Positions 61,329 through 64,000 of a stretch of DNA of 64,000 nucleotides are shown here, piece by piece; positions within the stretch are counted from its first letter, which is position 1; each line of letters opens with the position of its first letter. Below the pieces are notes generated by a model. It had not been told where the DNA came from. It did not search any database and worked only from the letters and a program-made list of their open reading frames with translations. Origin of the DNA: a virus. The stretch lies in IMG/VR virus record IMGVR_UViG_3300044987_001050, positions 19,187 through 83,186 of that record. One strand, written 5' to 3'. The translations under genes and the position numbers were made by a program.

Positions 61329-61419
61329 GGGTGTTTGGTCGAGTGGTTTATGGCGCCAGTCTTGAAAACTGGAGATGGTTAACAGCTGTCCGTGGGTTCA
61401 AATCCCACAGCACCCGCCA
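61329..61419 (+). tRNA. tRNA-Ser(TGA)
   Basis: CCAGT-CTTGAAA-ACTGG, GCCA. Confidence 0.92.
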
Positions 61420-61523
61420 CTTTTAGACGGAGTAAAATCCTATCGAGCGGTTAGGCTGAAAGGCCATTGCGTCGAAATGCAACGAACAATAACCCGGCAA
61501 ACACGTTGCTCTGATATTCATAT

Positions 61524-61611
61524 GCGTCACGAAAGCAGGCGGCTTCCTGCAGCAAGACTGTAAATCTTGTCTCTTCACCGAGGAGTGGGTCGGCACCACC
61601 GGGGCGCACCA
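61524..61611 (+). tRNA. allo-tRNA-like (8/4 fold) RNA, GTA anticodon
   Basis: 8-bp acceptor, 5-bp D stem, 6-bp anticodon stem, V arm, 4-bp T stem, ACCA. Confidence 0.6.
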
Positions 61612-61619
61612 ATTTCAAT

Positions 61620-61737
61620 AGGACTACGGCTCTGCTGTTCTAACAGCGATTCTTTCAGGGAACGAGACAAGCAAGCCTGTAAACTTGCTACCGGTGCTCC
61701 GGTTAGACTTAGGGGAAGATCCTGAGTAGGCCTACCA
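61620..61737 (+). ncRNA. tRNA-like RNA with branched D domain and GTA-containing 8-nt loop
   Basis: AGCAAG-CCTGTAAA-CTTGCT; ACCGG/CCGGT V arm; ends ACCA. Confidence 0.55.
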
Positions 61738-61749
61738 ATTTACAAATCC

Positions 61750-61976
61750 TCGCTGTTAATCAGCAGCTAGTGTGTTCACGAAGAAAATGGTAAAGGAACG
61801 GCAAGCCTTTGCTCACACGAAAGAAGCCTGTAGCACAGGTAAAAATCGTAAGCCAAAGGTTGTTATGATAAGCAACAAAGGGCGTCCCGGCTACTGAGGC
61901 CGTATCCCACAGTTCATTGGAGCCTAACAGCGATGAAGGTGAACAAACCGCTTCGGCGGTTGTGAGAATCAGCGAC
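61750..61976 (+). ncRNA. ~225-nt multi-hairpin RNA of unknown class
   Basis: TCGCTGTTA/TAACAGCGA long-range pairing and several hairpins; no + strand ORF in the track. Confidence 0.45.
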
Positions 61977-61985
61977 TTTCTATAA

Positions 61986-62060
61986 CCACCCATAGCTGAA
62001 ATGGATTAGCACAGGATTGAAACCCCTGAGATGTTGGATCGTTACCAACTGGGTGGGCCA
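61986..62060 (+). tRNA. tRNA-Phe(GAA), atypical
   Basis: TTGAAAC loop; T loop ATCGTTA; GCCA. Confidence 0.72.
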
Positions 62061-62069
62061 CTTTCAAAT

Positions 62070-62144
62070 GGGCGTAAAGCTTTAATGGTGAAGCTTCCGA
62101 CTTTTAATCGGATGAACTGGGATCGTTACCCAGTGCGCCTACCA
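62070..62144 (+). tRNA. tRNA-Lys(TTT)
   Basis: TCCGA-CTTTTAA-TCGGA; T loop ATCGTTA. Confidence 0.83.
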
Positions 62145-62154
62145 ATTTCATAAC

Positions 62155-62234
62155 GCGTCGTTCGCATAGTCTGGCTTATCGCACTTGTTTTCCAAACAAG
62201 CACCTCGTGGGTTCGAATCCCACACGACGTACCA
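62155..62234 (+). tRNA. tRNA-Gly(TCC)
   Basis: CTTGT-TTTCCAA-ACAAG, CCA. Confidence 0.85.
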
Positions 62235-62373
62235 CTTTAACAGCTAACCAATCATCTGACAAAGATGACATGCATCACTCGCTTGTATTTGATTGGTTAG
62301 AACGCTAAGCAGCACAATGGTAAGCGTTAATCGGGCCTCTAGGTGCTCGTCGTGTGCAACCTTTAATTTTCAT

Positions 62374-62448
62374 GCGCGTATCGTATAACGGTTATTATGA
62401 TGGCTTGCCAAGTCATAAATGGGAGTTCGATTCTCCCTACGCGCACCA
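62374..62448 (+). tRNA. tRNA-Gly(GCC)
   Basis: ATGGC-TTGCCAA-GTCAT, CCA. Confidence 0.9.
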
Positions 62449-62472
62449 CTTTCATTTCATATAAATAGTTTC

Positions 62473-62691
62473 ATGGGACACAAACCAAATTCTATTTTCG
62501 AAGCAGCGCACTCAGTGTTGACAAATGAAGCGAACGTTCCACCACCTCGCGTGTCGAAGGAAATTCGTTACAAGAATAAAAGTGGCGAAACCCGCGTAAG
62601 CTCGGTCAGTCCTGCAAAGGAAGACGAAGAAGTTAAACTGATCAAAGCGTTGGGTGGCACGATCGTCAAGATCACTGACGTCACGCACTAA
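62473..62691 (+). CDS. small late protein
   Basis: TATAAATA at 62460-62467, ATG 5 nt downstream. Confidence 0.65.
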   Translation: MGHKPNSIFEAAHSVLTNEANVPPPRVSKEIRYKNKSGETRVSSVSPAKEDEEVKLIKALGGTIVKITDVTH

Positions 62692-62702
62692 TAATTTCAA
62701 AT

Positions 62703-62777
62703 GGCCCGTTGGTATAACGGATAGAACATCGGCTTGCGAAGTCGAGGATCCAGGTTCGATTCCTGGGCGGGCTACCA
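62703..62777 (+). tRNA. tRNA-Arg(GCG)
   Basis: TCGGC-TTGCGAA-GTCGA, CCA. Confidence 0.87.
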
Positions 62778-62784
62778 TTTTTTA

Positions 62785-62907
62785 GGGAGGTTAGTTTAAA
62801 GGTAAAACCTCGTGACTAAGCGAGCGATGTTGTTAGGTAATCAAGGAGAATGACGTCAACTCCTTCTTGTGCGTTCTAACTCGGTTCAAGTCCAACATCT
62901 CCCACCA
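62785..62907 (+). ncRNA. tRNA-like RNA with ~50-nt insertion in the T stem and 6-nt anticodon loop
   Basis: GGGAGGT/ATCTCCC ACCA; GTTG[insert]G-TTCAAGT-CCAAC. Confidence 0.6.
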
Positions 62908-62916
62908 TTTTCCAAT

Positions 62917-62999
62917 TGACGCGAAGCCTAGCGGCCTGGCGCCGGTCTTTGAAACCGGAGAGAGCAATCTCATCGTGGGTTCGAATCCCACCGCGTCTA
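62917..62999 (+). tRNA. tRNA-Gln(TTG) with long variable arm
   Basis: CCGGT-CTTTGAA-ACCGG; V arm GAGA-GCAA-TCTC; no encoded CCA. Confidence 0.75.
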
Positions 63000-63034
63000 C
63001 TTTCCTTTAAGATTCGAACCATATAAATAGATAT

Positions 63035-63655
63035 GTGTACTACACTGTCTATAAGATTACGAATCAAGTGAACAACAAGATTTATGTTGGAGTTCATAAG
63101 ACGCGCAATCTTGATGATTCTTACATGGGTTCAGGGCTAATGCTAAAGAGAGCAATCACTAAGCATGGTCTCGAAAACTTCAAGAAGGAATATCTTGCGG
63201 TCTTTGACAATCCTGATGATATGTTTAACATGGAATCTGAATTAGTGAATGAAGACTTCGTTAAGTCAACTCATTCTTACAATATGAAGGAAGGCGGGCA
63301 TGGAGGATGGGATCACATTTCGCAAACTACTAGGCATGCTGCTCAGCTTAAAGGAGCACGCGCCATCGCTCATAGAATAAAAACTGATCCTATACTCAGA
63401 AAACAAAACTCAGACAGATGCAAAGCAACTACTGCTAGATCTAAAGAGGCAGGATTATACAAAGGCAAAAAAGCTTTCTTAGGCAAATCTCATTCTGATT
63501 CAACACGAAAGAAGATGAGCGTGTCTCATCAAGGAAAACATGACGGCTCAAGAAATTCTCAGTTTGGTTCCATGTGGATCACTGATCGAGTTTCAAACAA
63601 AAAGATTTCAAAAGACGATCCTATTCCAGACGGATGGATGAAAGGTCGAACATAA
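63035..63655 (+). mobile_element. GIY-YIG (Seg-like) homing endonuclease with NUMOD3
   Basis: YTVYKITN..NNKIYVGVH, YMGSG, YNMKEGG, GKSHSDSTRKKMS; late promoter at 63022. Confidence 0.9.
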
Positions 63656-63661
63656 TTTCAT

Positions 63662-63733
63662 ACTCGTATCGTCTAGCTGGATAGGATGTCCCTGCGCAGG
63701 GAGACGGTGGTTCGATCCCATCTGCGAGTTCCA
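63662..63733 (+). ncRNA. tRNA-like RNA with tetraloop in place of the anticodon loop
   Basis: ACTCGTA/TGCGAGT TCCA; TCCCT-GCGC-AGGGA; normal D and T arms. Confidence 0.65.
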
Positions 63734-63743
63734 ATTTGCTAAG

Positions 63744-63889
63744 GAGCGGGTATGCTCTGGCCTGACGGATAGTGACCGTTCATAGACGAAGCCGTTGGTA
63801 ATCGGTTCCAACTTAGTAACACTTTGAGTATGCCAATGCGTTCGGTAGGTAACATTGCATGGCATGAGTAACCCGGAAACGCATCCGCT
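63744..63889 (+). ncRNA. structured RNA of unknown class
   Basis: GAGCGGGT.TGC/GCATCCGCTC terminal stem enclosing several hairpins. Confidence 0.45.
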
Positions 63890-64000
63890 CATGCTGATAA
63901 CACCGACTCGTCAGTACACTTTTGCAATGTGTGTTCGAGCATTCGAGAGTACGGACTTTTACTCCGGAAAGTGCGGATGCTGTAATCTGATCATACTCAT

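Noticed and set aside
62785-62907. Amber suppressor reading of the GACTAA loop
   Set aside because: 6-nt loop without U33 and a disrupted T stem; decoding unsupported

Overview
64 kb segment of a large T4-like (Tevenvirinae/Kyanoviridae-type) myophage genome, almost all on the + strand. Diagnostic genes: UvsX, gp41 helicase, RNase H, a gp42-like dCMP-modifying enzyme, class II RNR, a ThyX-like protein and TATAAATA late promoters. A PEP-CTERM protein ending LLRRRK hints at a Verrucomicrobia-type host (inference). Layout: 1-22 kb is a dense early/accessory region of small ATGA-coupled ORFs with anti-stress and translation-rescue genes (ppGpp-hydrolase-like HD, Pth2, two NADARs, RNA ligase, bL12-CTD-like protein, K+ channel). 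19-28 kb holds a putative pentose-sugar DNA hypermodification pathway (dCMP modifier, KdsC-like phosphatase, SIS isomerase, Rpe, NTP transferase-kinase, glycosyltransferase, atypical C5-MTase). 28-33 kb is recombination/replication. 33-45 kb is a late-promoter module of enzymes, several with T4 capsid-targeting-like N-termini. 45-56 kb covers nucleotide metabolism and nucleases. 56.5-64 kb is a very large RNA array: about 30 recognisable tRNAs interleaved with more than 15 non-canonical tRNA-like or structured RNAs (permuted, armless, insertion-bearing, 8/4 allo-type, long-variable-arm class I), many sharing one spacer motif. All calls come from motif recognition and hand folding; no database searches were run.
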